Assembly (NCBI GenBank): GCA_951406725.2
Contig: OX597820.1
Span: 26,350,001-26,414,000, forward strand
Reading direction: 5' to 3'
Length of the DNA: 64,000 nucleotides
Source of the DNA: Octopus vulgaris
Lineage: Eukaryota
Below the pieces are notes generated by a model. The model searched no databases. It was not told where the DNA came from and saw only the letters and a program-made list of their open reading frames with translations. How positions within the stretch are numbered: the first letter of the stretch is position 1; every line of letters starts with the position of its first letter. Below, piece after piece: positions 36,917 through 49,860 of this stretch. The translations under genes were made by a program, and so were the position numbers.

Positions 36917-38312
36917 AAGTATGGCGAATGTAATGTAATGTATGCAGACTATTGCTAGCTTTCTCTTCACGTATTGCTAGTATTGTCAAGTATTTCAATA
37001 TATGAAGAGAAAACTAGACCATTGCTAGCTTTTTTCTTCCTCTATTAAAATACTCGATTGTGGTTATCGTGCTTTAAAGGATCATTTCTTAAATACGTAT
37101 CAGTGAGGTCAAGATGGTCTCTTTGTTACTACCTAGTTTCTGGTTCATCCACATTGCGTGGCACCTTGAGTATGTTGTCTTCTATCATAGCTTCGAGTTG
37201 GTCAAGGCCTTATGAATGGAGTTTGGTAGATGAAAACCGTGTAGGTGTTCGTTAGAGGGACCATTCATTTTTTTGGGGTGGCGTAGTTAATCCACTACTC
37301 AGTTTAACACATCACTGCATGTCGCTTTTTGGGTGCCTACAGTAGGTTCCACTCTGTTGGATCTTTTTTTATTGATTATGGTGGATCCGGAAAGGCCATA
37401 AACACTGCACTTTTTCTGATATTGCTATTAAAAAAATAAGAGTGGTACAGCTGGAGAAACATCGTGTAGTGACATAAATATATTTGATCCGAGCTTGTAA
37501 TTCAGTTTCAGTTACTAGATTGAACCTGACATTCAACAAAGCTTGCTGTGGTGGAAGCGAATAATTTAGCGTTTCGGGCCTTCACACTTCATCTGTTAGT
37601 AAAAAAACAAAAACAAAAAAAAAAAAAAATGAACGAAAGAAGTGTCAATACTATGGATGTAAGTCAAAGCCAATTAAATTTGGATTTCTAACATTGGTAA
37701 AGGCCGCAAATATGGAAACACAGAAGATCCAGGCTTGATTGTGTAGTAAGACGTCTGCTTCCCAGCCACATGGTTCCAGGTTCAGTCCCATTGCGTGGCA
37801 CTGTGAGCAAGTGTCTTCTATTATAGTGTCAATTCAACCAAAGCCTTGAGAGTGCATTTGGTTGACGGACACTGAAAGAATCTCGTCGTGTGTGTGTTTG
37901 TGTCCCGCTACTACTTGACAACCAGCGTTGGTGAGTTTACAACAACCATAACTTAGTGGTTCGGCAAAACAGGCTTTAAAAAAAAGCACTGGGGTCGATT
38001 CATTTGACTAAAAGTTCTTAAAGACGGTGCCTCAGCCTGACCGCAGTATAATGACTGAAACAAGTAGAGGTAAAATAAATTTCAGTATTTGATTGGTTTG
38101 TTATTAAAGTAATTGACCACAGAAAGACTGAAAACAAAATTTACCCCGGCTTCATTGGAATTCTGAATCTAATGAGCAGTAAAAATATGCAGATTCCGCC
38201 ATGTTTTGAAACTCCCTAAAGCTATTCTCAACGTAGAATCGAAAACCAGATGCAATTATTTGTTCAGAAGTTTTGTTTTATATCTGACAAACAAATTATC
38301 GTTTCTGATTGT

Positions 38313-39759
38313 TCATGAACTTTTTGGTAACATTTTTATTTTGTTCGACTCTTCGGATAGATTTTTATGATAAGGTTTCCTGCGGCTTGTCATCTAAAAT
38401 GAAATGTGTGTGTGTAAAATTCGATATTTAGCCCATTTAATCTTATCGGTTAAATCTTTAATATCACGTTTCATTCATTCTTTTTATCGTCTCTTTTTAT
38501 CTACATATACACACTCGTATATTGTGTACACACAGACACGCGCACATATACTCAAACACGTGTAGAAGTTTGAGCGTGTGTAATTTGTAATTATAAGGTT
38601 TGCTTGCTTGTACCATGTTAGCTGTCACTGAGAAATATATATCAGAATGTGATTTTTATGAATGTATATAGATAAATGTATGGCTAAAATGTATTTTTGA
38701 AACGTTAACCTCCAGTATCTTTGTTTCATGTTGTTCTTTTTCCTTTTCCCTCTTAGTGATTTTGAACCAATTGGTTTCTCTCTCAATAATACACTATAAA
38801 GAAGTCCCATTTTAATCTATTGCTTTTACTTATATGAAAACACGTCCAGTTTTATACCTTAGTCATGGCATCAATTTTAATATGCCCCCCCCCTTTTATT
38901 TTCATATATAAAAACATGAAGAGGTTCTTTACGAATGTAAACTTCAAAGATGTCACTGGAATATATTTTAGGCTATTTTATGTCTACCTATCAGCGGTTG
39001 TGTGGTGTGTGTGTATGTACACATATGATTAAATAACCTCTCGTTCCTTCACTACTTTCGAGACCATATTGAGAGTTTGGGCGTCGACTCTGCCTTTCAT
39101 TCTTTCGAGGTCGATAAAATAACTACCAGTTGAATATTGGGTCGATGTGATCGACTTAGCCATTCTCCCAAACTAGCTGATCTTGTACCAAAATTTGAAA
39201 TCAATCTTATTCAATATGTGCGTATCAAGCGTCTTTGATCTTGGATACGAATCGGAAGGGGCTTCTATAAATGATGCTTCAGCTTCAATATGTACACGTA
39301 AGACATTAGCATCTATTATTATTATTATTATTCAGGTCACTGCCTGGAATCGAACTCGGAATTTTGCAGTTAGTAGCCCGCGCTCTTAACTACTACGCCA
39401 GATGCCCGTGACCTGAGTAATAATAATAATAATAATTATTGTTTATGTTTCTAAAATATAAAACAGTAATTAAACCAGTTTAATCTTAGTAGTCACATTC
39501 ATTCTCGTTGGTTCACAAAGTATTATTCAACACTACGCACGCGAAACAATACTGCATTTGCCGACCTAGTGTCTACAAAAGTGAAATCCTAGCGTATTGT
39601 GGTTTTGTGTTTGTAAGATATACTATAAAACTAGTATAATTAACTCATTTTAATCAATCTCAATAGTCACTTATGTAAAATATTTTATTTGTGAAAGTCG
39701 CTTCCGGTTTGTACCAGAGGTCCAACTTTCAATATGTAAGCCTTCGACATTTCCGCCAT
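38313..39759 (-). pseudogene. Five-exon candidate gene for a small PH-domain-like protein with an in-frame TAG at 39568-39566 (pseudogene or editing-dependent gene)
   Basis: Exons 39759-39715, 39622-39541, 38955-38858, 38793-38710 and 38393-38313; all GT-AG, phases 0/1/0/0 consistent; start context AAAATGGCG. Peptide MAEMSKAYILKVGPL-YILQTQNHNTLGFHFCRH*VGKCSIVS-LTSLKFTFVKNLFMFLYMKIKGGGHIKIDAMTK-CIIERETNWFKITKREKEKEQHETKILE-MTSRRK...SS*. The last exon is uncertain. Confidence 0.45.
39314..39436 (-). mobile_element. Minimal tRNA-like SINE bracketed by inverted tails
   Basis: Minus strand GGCATCTGGCGTAGTAGTTAAGAGCGCGGGC...GAGTTCGATTCC (A and B boxes); (ATT)nCAGGTCAC on the left and GTGACCTG-(AAT)n on the right. 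Confidence 0.7.
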
Positions 39760-39765
39760 TTTTTA
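39690..39765. promoter_or_regulatory. Candidate promoter-proximal region (ETS and YY1 motifs)
   Basis: CTTCCGG at 39701-39707 and CCGCCATTTT at 39753-39762, close to the CpG-rich/CpG-poor boundary. Confidence 0.45.
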
Positions 39766-41534
39766 AGACCCTGCTGTATATGTGTGTTTCGGGGGAAAAT
39801 ATAAATACCTTGCGTTATGTGCTCATGATCTTTACATTGAGTTCAAATCCTATTTAGATCAACTTCGCGTTTTTTTCCTTCTCATGTTGATAAAATAAGG
39901 TGCAAGTCAAGTATGAAGGTCTATGGTATCGACTAACCCTCGGCCCTTAAAATTACTTTCCCTCTGCCTTAGTTTAAAACGTGTGTGTGTGTGTGTGTAT
40001 GAGGGAGAGAGGGCACAGGTGTGGCTGTGTGGTAAAAATTTGCTTCCCTATCATGGCTTAGGTTCAGTCCCACTGCATGGCACCTTGGGCAAGTGTCTTC
40101 TATTTTAGGTCTGGGCTGACCAAAGCCTCATGAGTGGATTTCGTAAACCTCATATTATGCAAGCAGTGCCCTTTGTTTCCAATATTCTGCGGAAACATGC
40201 ATGGTCATGATTAGGAAATAAGTCAGGATTGGCATCAGGGCAGGCATCTAGCTGTGAAAAAAACCTGTCTTATGTTCCGTCTGACCCATGCGAGCATGGA
40301 AAATTGGACCTTACAAAGATGATGATGATGCTAATGAGATATATATATATATATGTGTGTGTGTATATATATATATATATACATATACACACGTATTTTA
40401 TGTGTGTGTATTTCTTGGTAAAATACAGGAGATATGTGTTGGTGTTTTCAAGGCATTGACATTTAGGTGGAGTTTTACCCTAGCCTTCTCTTCCATTTCC
40501 TGTCTAGTTTTTATATTCAGAGGAATTTCTATTGTCACTGGTGTTGGTGGTGGTGATCTGTTAAAGGGGTGTTTACTTTGACATGACTGACCCACTGACC
40601 TGTCCTCATCTAAAGGTGGAGGAAGGACGCTTTATCACATTCTACACTTTGACACATACAGCCATGTATGTACATAAATGTGTGTTTGTGTGTGTGTGTG
40701 TGTTCACATAGAGAACTATAGATAAAAAGACCCCACCACCATCAAACAAGGAATATCAAATGAATAAAGGAGTCATACATGTTAGTGTCTAATATAAATT
40801 CTTGTCTCTGATTAGAATTGCTGTTGGTAGCTCATTCAAACTCTGTTTGTTGTTTACCAACCTAAAAAAAGAGCAGATACATCAAGGAGAACATACACAC
40901 ACATACATGCATGTATACTTCATTTTGAGTTTAGTATTCCATACAACACCTCACCCCTATACATATGAACACACCCATAGACACACAAACATATATTTAC
41001 ATACAGGCTTAGATAAATGCACTTTGTAACTTTCTGTAAGTAAAAAGTAAAAAAAAAAATTCATATGCACAACCTTTACCAATGAAACTCACTCTTTCAT
41101 AAAACAGGAGCCCTAGAAGTGTCAACACATGTCCCTAGCTTCCTTTCAGGAATTCTGTCATTTTGATCCTTTGTTATAATGATTTCCTCCTCTCTTACTG
41201 AGTTACTTGTTGAATAAAAGGGTTTGACAGTATTTGTTCAGTATCCATATTATATATGACTGTCTGTCAAATATCACATTTTCCAGTAATAATAGATTTT
41301 TACAATGATGGATGATAGATATATAATCAGAATTGACTGACATTATTTTCCATTTATGTTGTTGCAGGGACAAGCATGACTGTGTGGTTAGGAAACTTGC
41401 TTTGCAACCATCTGGTATCAGGTTCAGTCCTGCTGCAATACCAGAGATTGACAAAGCAAGAGTTGCTAATGAGCGACAATAGAAATGGCTCAGAGCAAAG
41501 AGAGTGATGTCTGGCAGTACAGATAGGGTGAAGT

Positions 41535-41637
<103 letters not shown>

Positions 41638-43509
41638 ATTTGGAAACAGTTGAGAGTTGGCAGCAGGCAGAGCATCCAGCTGTAGAAAGTTTGCCACACA
41701 AATAGTGTTGCATTGTGTGTGTGTGTGTATATATATATGTATATATCTGTGTGTGTGTGTGTATGTACATACACATACACAATTCTCCTTAGGTTTTCTA
41801 TAACTTTATCTGATTTTGAATCTACTGTTCAAAAGGGTTTGGATAGAATATCGACAAGTTCTTTAACCAAAATATTTACTAGTATTTATAGCATTATCTG
41901 CTTTAAGGTCCACCACTCCAAAAAAGAGCTGACTCTCTCTAAGTTTATAATTTCATATGAGGTCAACCATATATTAATATCTATTACATATTGTGTGGGT
42001 GTAAGTAGTCTAAGAAGCAATAGCCTGAGTGGTTCTAATTGACTGAACAGAAGCTGAAAGATCTGCAACCAGTTCAAAATAGTAATCCATCAGCTATTAT
42101 TGTATTACTTCCTGGTTCTGGCTGACCTTCCATTTCCACTTAGGAATTGTTGCATTTACAAGTTTCTCTATTTATATGGTTTCCTTATTTTTGATTTCCC
42201 TCCCTTCTCGCAACCATTCCTTCCTGTTTGACTTTCCTCTCTCCCTTCCTCGTTATTACTATACATCTTTTCTCTCTCCATTTCATCCAAGCAAGTTCTC
42301 TTACTTTCTCTCTCTCTCTGTCCTATCACTTCTCTCTCTCTCTCTCTGTCCTATCACTTCTCTCTCTCTCTCTCTCTCTCTGTCCTATCACTTCTCTCTC
42401 TCTCTCTGTCCCATCAGTTCTCTCTCTCTCTCTCTCTTCAGTTACTTCCCTTCCATGCTTGGGAAACTCAGCAGCCACAATTCTCCCCACTTCCTATCAC
42501 TTCCTGTCTCTGTTACCTTTCTTTATTATTATCTTCGGTTGTGAACTGGTTGGCTTTTTATTTCTCTCAATGAAGGGCTTGTGTCTGAAATGTTGGACAT
42601 TTCCACTTACAATGGCATACATGCCATCATCATTATTTAACATCTCTGTCTTCTGTTTTCATATTGCTTGTATGATTCAACAGAATTCAAAGGCTGCATA
42701 AACTTGAGTGTTGGCTTTGGTATGATTTCCTAACCAAATACTTTACAGAATGTACTGAGTACATTTTGTTGTGGCACCAGCATGAGTGAAGTTTCCATGT
42801 AACTTGTAAGACCAAAAGAAAGCTCTGTGTTGCTGTGTAGTAGAAAGGGAGGTGCTTTTTTTAGACATTACATGTTGAGAGCCAACTTAAATTTTACTTT
42901 TACATCGGTTATTGTACCTGTGACTTTTTCTAAAGGTTCATAACCTCACCGAAGTTTATTTTAGAACAAGGTGAGACACATATCTTGGTGCAACTGATAC
43001 CTGAGATTAGTGACTGATACCATTTTCTGAGTTTAGTGTTTAGCCCCAGGTATCTTAGATATGAACTAGGAGACCAATGATCAAAGGAATTGTTTCAGCT
43101 CTGTCTGTCCCCTAATTTTTTTTCAGATTTGTTCCTCCTTTTTTTTGCTTTTTTTTGTAACAGTAGGATGATTTGAGAGAGACTTGATTGCTATTTCTAG
43201 CAAGTCAAGTCACTATGAGTAGGCTCACTTGGTGGTACAGTGTTGTTTTAGAACAGCAGAATAGGGATGATGGTGGTAGTGGTTGTGTTGGTTAGGAAAG
43301 GAATGGTGATTGCAATAGTTGATTATTACTTTACTTTTGAACTCCCCCCTTGCATTCTTGCAATCAATCATTCCTTTTTGATTTACCCTCTGCTTCCTTC
43401 GTCACCACTGCCTCTCTCCCTCTCCTTATTCATTCTCTCTGTCTTTTTCATTTAGCAAATTCTCTTAATCTCTGTTTCATCACCTCTCTCTCTCTCTTAC
43501 CGGCTACTC

Positions 43510-44131
43510 TAATCCTTTAGCATTTAAATTGGCTACATCCAGTCCAAACATTCTACTTGTCTTATGTTCAGACCAGCCAGATCTGACCTCTCACACCTAT
43601 CCTACAATGTTTCTTAAAAAATAAACAATCATAGGCACAGGAGTGGCTGTGTGGTAAGTAGCTTGCTTACCAACCACATGGTTCCGGGTTCAGTCCCACT
43701 GCGTGGCACCTTGGGCAAGTGTCTTCTACTATAGCCTCGGGCCGACCAAAGCCTTGTGAGTGGATTTGGAGATGGAAACTGGAAGAAGCCCATTGTATAT
43801 ATATATATGTGTGTGTGTTTGTGTGTCTGTGTTCGTCCTCTCCAACATCGCTTGACAACCGATGCTGGTGTGTTTACGTCCCCATAACTTAGCAGTTCGG
43901 CAAAAGAGACCAATAGAATAAGTACTAGGCTTACAAAGAATAAGTCCTGGGGGCGATTTCCTCAACCAAAGGCGGTGCTCCAGCATGGCCGCAGTCAAAT
44001 GACTGAAACAAGTGAAAGGGTAATCACATCATTGAAATTTCAAAGCTATGAGATAATACATGATTAATTCAAAACAACATGAATAAATAAGCGTTACATT
44101 TGACAGAATACTCCGAATAAAAAAAGGTTAA
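43510..44131. mobile_element. piggyBac-like MITE interrupted by a full family A SINE (43632-44016, +)
   Basis: Ends TAATCCTTT.. / ..AAAGGTTAA; AATCA repeated either side of the SINE. Confidence 0.6.
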
Positions 44132-44887
44132 ATAACCATAAGTTGTCCATCAGATGACTACATGTTATTTATCATATACTACATAGTGAGAGATGAGGTA
44201 ACTCACAGTTACAATAATAGTTTTAACCAAACTCAGATGCTGGTGGTGGTGCTTGTGCTAGGTAGCTGTGGCAGTGATTGAATCTAATTAATGGTATTTA
44301 ATTAGGTTAAGTATAATTGCGGTGGTTGCAAAAAAACTTAGTGTCAGAAGTTCAAATTCAATATTTGGAATTAGTCACATATTTCATTTCAGTGTGTATT
44401 AGAGTGAGTGAGAGCAAGCAAGTCTGCTTGCCTCTGCCTGTCTCTGTTTTTATGCTCCATCACTAGATAAATACAGCTTGTGGGGGAAGCAAGAGTTTGT
44501 ATATCTTCACTCTAAATCAGTGCTGGTGGTGGTGGTCCTTGGGGTGTATATATGGTTTTAAAATAGGTACACTGTGATCCTGCTGTAGGTAAATGTCTTC
44601 TATTTTAGCCCTGGGCTGACCAAAAGTTTGTCAGTAGATATGGTTGATGGAAACTGAAACAAGCCAATCGTGTGTGTGCATGTGTGTGTGTATACACAGG
44701 GTGTCCATATATTACCTTTACAATTTGAAAAATTTATCGAAAAATAGGTTCACTCTGATCCTGCTGTAGGTAAATGTCTTCTACTTTAGCCCTGGGCTGA
44801 CCAAAAATTTGACAGTGGATATGGTTGATGGAAGCCAGTTGTGTATGTATGTATGTGTGTGTATAGGGGGGAGGGTGTTTGTGTATA

Positions 44888-45104
44888 CACAGGATGTCCA
44901 TAAATTACCTTTGCAATTTGAAAATTTCAGTCAAAAAGGATAACTCAGCAGGTTTCATGTAACTAAGTAACTAATGGAGCCCATATAGAAGTGGTCTGGT
45001 GTTTCTAATAAAAATTTGTCTGTTTTCCAATAAACTCTGCTGAGTTATCCTTATATTTCTTTCTGAATTTTTAAAATTGTAATGGTAATTTATGGACACC
45101 GTGT
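44888..45104. mobile_element. Tc1/mariner-type MITE
   Basis: TIRs CAGGATGTCCATAAATTACC / GGTAATTTATGGACACCGTG. Confidence 0.8.
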
Positions 45105-46825
45105 GTGTGTGTGTGTGTGTGCATGTGTGGGTCATCAAATGTCCATTTTATTTCTTTTCACTTAGCCATGGTATTTTTTTTTCATCTTGTTTCAATTTTT
45201 GGACTGTACCCATGCTGGTACATTGCTATGAAAAAATTAGTCAGACAAATCAACCCCAGTAATTATTTTAAAACCTGGTACTTATCTATCAGTCAGTATT
45301 TGAACTGCAAAGTTACAGATGTAAACTAAGCCAACACTACTCAGTTGTCAAATGGTGATGTGGGTCAGTATGTCACACCCACATGAGGCACTTCTTTCAG
45401 TTTCTGTCCACCAAGTCCACTCACAAGGCTTTGGTGGGCCTGAGGCTATAGTAGAAGACATTTGCCCAAGGTGCAGCACCAGTGGGACTGAACCCAAGAT
45501 CATATAGTTGGGAAGCAAGCTTCTTCCTGCACCGCCATGCCTAGAAATTTTTTTGTTATTTTACAAAATTGATTGACTGGAAAATTTTAAAACTATATTT
45601 CATCATTTAATATCCACTTTACCATGCATAGGTTGAAGCAGATTTTTTGTGATCAGATGCCCTTCCTATCTCCAACCTTTCTTAGTTCCAAGCAAGATTA
45701 ATATTTTCCTATGGTGTAATACAACCTTACTTGTATTGAGATGATACTCATTTAGTGGCTGTGTGGTAAGAAGCTTGCATCCCAGCCACATGGTTCCAGG
45801 TTCAGTTCCACTGTAGCCTTGGGATATATATGTGATGGGCTTCTTTCAGTTTCCATATACCAAAAGGCTTTGGCTGGTCTGAGGCTATAGTAGAAAACAC
45901 TTGCCCAAGGTTCCATGCAGTGGAACTGAACCTGGAATCGTGGTTGGGAAAGGTATATATTTATGTGTCTGTGTTTGCCCCCTACCATCGCTTGACAACG
46001 ATGTTGGTGTGATTACGTCCCTGTAACTTAGCAGTTCAGCAAAAGAGAATCAATAGAATAAGTCCAGGTATCGACTTCGATTAAAAACTCTTTAAGGCAT
46101 TGCTCCAGCATGTTCGTAGTCAAATGACTGACACAAATACAAAAAAAGAGAATTAGATGATGCCTGAACAAAGGTATGCACAAACATACACTCACATACC
46201 TGCACACACACATTGGGCTTCTCTGGGTTTCCTTGCACCTACCTAATCCACTCACAAGGCTTTGGTTAGGAGGAGACATTGGCCTAAGGTGCTGCACAGT
46301 AGGATTGAACCCAAGGCCACATGGTTGGGCAGCAAGCTTCATAACCATACGGCTATTTCTGCGTCTATGAATTTAGTAATTATTTGTCTCTTATGATTAA
46401 TCACACATCTGAATTAAAAGTGTAGAGTTAGCAAATAATTTGACTGCCAGAGAAACCATGTCTGCGATGGCTCTAATAAAATTTGAACCCTTGACGACCA
46501 TTGGTCACTAGTCAATCTGTCTCAGACATTACTTAGATTGATAAGACAACATTCTACTACCAGTTAGCAGTTATTATGTCCATGCACTCCATCCCTTTTT
46601 CCTAGCTCAAGTACTGTCAGATGTATGTATATATATGTGTATGAAATTTTAACATTATTAATTAGTTTTGCTTTCTCTCTCTAACACTTCAAAGTGGCTC
46701 TATTGTGAACTACCAATTCTATTGAGAGCAAATATGCTTGAATTGAATAAGGTCAAGTGTTATATCAGTACACATACTGTAGAGTATCACATGTGTAATA
46801 TAGTGACTCTGTCTGTCTGTCTGTT

Positions 46826-46905
<80 letters not shown>

Positions 46906-48729
46906 CTATATTGTTTACATCAGTGCAGCTTTAAATTGAGTCATGGACTTCCTGTCAGTAAGAATTTATTAAAAGTTCACCTGCTTCTATCACTTCTCGT
47001 CTTTTACCTCCTCTCCCTCCTCATCTAAATTAGAAGCATTTTTAATATTTAATTGTCTGTATTAGATCACTAGCTCTCATTTTTGTAGGCTTACATCTTC
47101 ATCAATCTCATATATAGACACACACACACACACACTTATACATACATGCATCCATACACAAGTGCACACACACCCACAGAATCATCATCATTGTCACCAT
47201 TCTTTCAACATCCATTTTTTTCCATGTGTATATGAGTCATCTGGATATTAGTTAAGGCAGATTTTTTTTACACCTTGATACCTTCCCTGTCACCAACCCT
47301 TAACTGCTTTCCAGTCAAAGGAATATTTTCTTATGACCAGATATGTTTTTCATAGCAGATTGGGAAAAGAAAAAAACTATATTGCTTATGACAGTGACAC
47401 TTGTCTTACAACTAGAATGGTGTCAAGATAAGGAAACATACATGCTTACATGTCTATACACACACATACGTACTTCCAGCTTTATATTTACCATATCACG
47501 TGACCGACCAGGCTATCAGATGTTACACATCGCTGGTCACAATGTGCTTCGCATTGTTTTAGCCTTTAAATGACGTCACTCTGCTGGCTAAGCGAGCAGG
47601 CGAACAGAAGGAGTGAGAGAAAGTTGTGGCGAAAGAGTACATCAGGGATCATCACCACTCCCTGCTGGAGCCTCGTGGAGCTTTAGGTGCTTTTGCTCAA
47701 AGTTAAAGGGAATTAATAAATCCAAGCAGACACCTCGGAAGGAAACTTGGTTAACTATCTCAAACGGAAAGCAATGAATTCAAATAGAATTAACTTTCAA
47801 GGTAATTCTGTGTGTGTAAACCATTCCTTGTGATTAGTTTGGATGAAACCATTTTGATAACAATAAGCAGCTGCTGATAGCATTGAACAAATAGACTGAG
47901 ATTTATTACTAGTTTTGACAACTATTGGTTAATAAACATTATCTATGTCACCAGAAGTGGTTTCTGCTGTGTTATATGCAAATTAGTGGACTAAGCTTTT
48001 TTGATAGCAAGGGAAACCCCTCAACATTACCATATGATGTCATAGCTAAAACTTTTTGCATTAGCCTAAATTAACCTCTACCTCATTTGCAATGTGACTT
48101 GGTACTTGAAGGCTGTGAGCTGGCAGAATTGTTAGCATGCTGGGCAAAATTCTTAGTGGTATTTCTTCTGGTTCTTTACATTTCTGAATTCAAATGTTGC
48201 CAAGATTGACTTTATCTTTCATCCCTTCCCGGGTTCATAAAACAAGTACCAGTTGAGCACTGGGGATGATGTACTCAACTTACCCCACTCCCTGGAACTT
48301 TCTGCCCTCCCCCCATGCCAAATTTGAAACCAATGTGACTCTGTACTTGGTTCACTTTCTTCCATGTCTTTTCCTTCCTTCTCTCTCTTTTACTTTTTTA
48401 CTTGTTTCAGTCATTTGACTGCGGCCATGCTGGAGCACTGCTTTTAGTTGAGCAAATCGAACCCAGGACTTATTCTTTGTAAGCTTAGTACTTATTCTAT
48501 TGGTCACTTTTGCCAAACTGCTAAGTTACAGGGACGTAAACACACCAACATCGGTTGTCAAGCAATGTTGCAGGGACAAACACAGACACACAAACATATA
48601 CACACACACACACACATATATACATATATATGACGAGCTTCTTTCAGTTTCCATCTACCAAATCCACCAAATCCTCTCACAAGGATTTGGTCGGCCTGAG
48701 GCTATAATAGAAGACACTGACCCATGGTG

Positions 48730-49498
48730 CCTTTCTTTTTCTTTCCTTTTTCTGTTTTGTCATCATTCCTTTTTGTCTCTCTTTTCTCCTTTCCTTTTTC
48801 TTTTTTCTCTTTCTTGCTTCACCCCTCTCCTTTCATCTTCCTGTCTTTATACCTTTCTCTCCTCTTCATTTTCCTTTTTCTTTCTGCCCTTTTTTTTCCT
48901 ATTCTCTTTCCTTCTCCCTATCTCTTTACCTCTTCTCCCTCTCTCATTACCTCCTCTCTCTCTCTCATTACCTCCTCTCTCTCTCTCTTTACCTCCTCTC
49001 TCTCTCTCTTTACCTCCTCTCTCTCTCTCTTTACCTCCTCTCTCTCTCTCTCTTTACCTCCTCTCTCTCTCTCTCTTTACCTCCTCTCTCTCTCTCTCTC
49101 TCTTTACCTCCTCTCTCTCTCTCTCTCTTTACCTCCTCTCTCTCTCTCTCTCTCTACCTACCTCCTCCTCTCTCTCTCTCTTTTCCTCCTCCTCTCTCTC
49201 TCTTTACCTCCTCCTCTCTCTCTCTCTTTACCTCCTCCTCTCTCTCTCTTTACCTCCTCCTCTCTCTCTCTTTACCTCCTCCTCTCTCTCTCTTTACCTC
49301 CTCCTCTCTCTCTCTTTACCTCCTCCTCTCTCTCTTTACCTCCTCCTCTCTCTCTTTACCTCCTCCTCTCTCTCTTTACCTCCTCTCTCTCTCTTTACCT
49401 CCTCTCTCTCTCTTTACCTCCTCTCTCTCTCTCTACCTCCTCTCTCTCTCTCTTTACCTCCTCTCTCTCTCTCTTTACCTCCTCCTCTCTCTCTTTAC

Positions 49499-49533
<35 letters not shown>

Positions 49534-49535
49534 AC

Positions 49536-49604
<69 letters not shown>

Positions 49605-49860
49605 ACCTCCTCTCTCTCTCTCTTTACCTCCTCTCTCTCTCTCTCTTTACCTCCTCCTCTCTCTCTCTTACCTCCTCCTCTCTCTCTCTTTACCTCCTCC
49701 TCTCTCTCTCTTTACCTCCTCCTCTCTCTCTCTTTACCTCCTCCTCTCTCTCTCTTTTACCTCCTCCTCTCTCTCTCTCTTTACCTCCTCTCTCTCTCTC
49801 TTTACCTCCTCTCTCTCTCTCTTTACCTCCTCTCTCTCTTTACTTTCTCTCTCTCTCTCG
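48730..49860. repeat. ~1.1-kb polypyrimidine tract; minisatellite TTTACCTC(CT)n
   Basis: Read directly; accounts for the L/S/P-rich ORFs. Confidence 0.97.
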
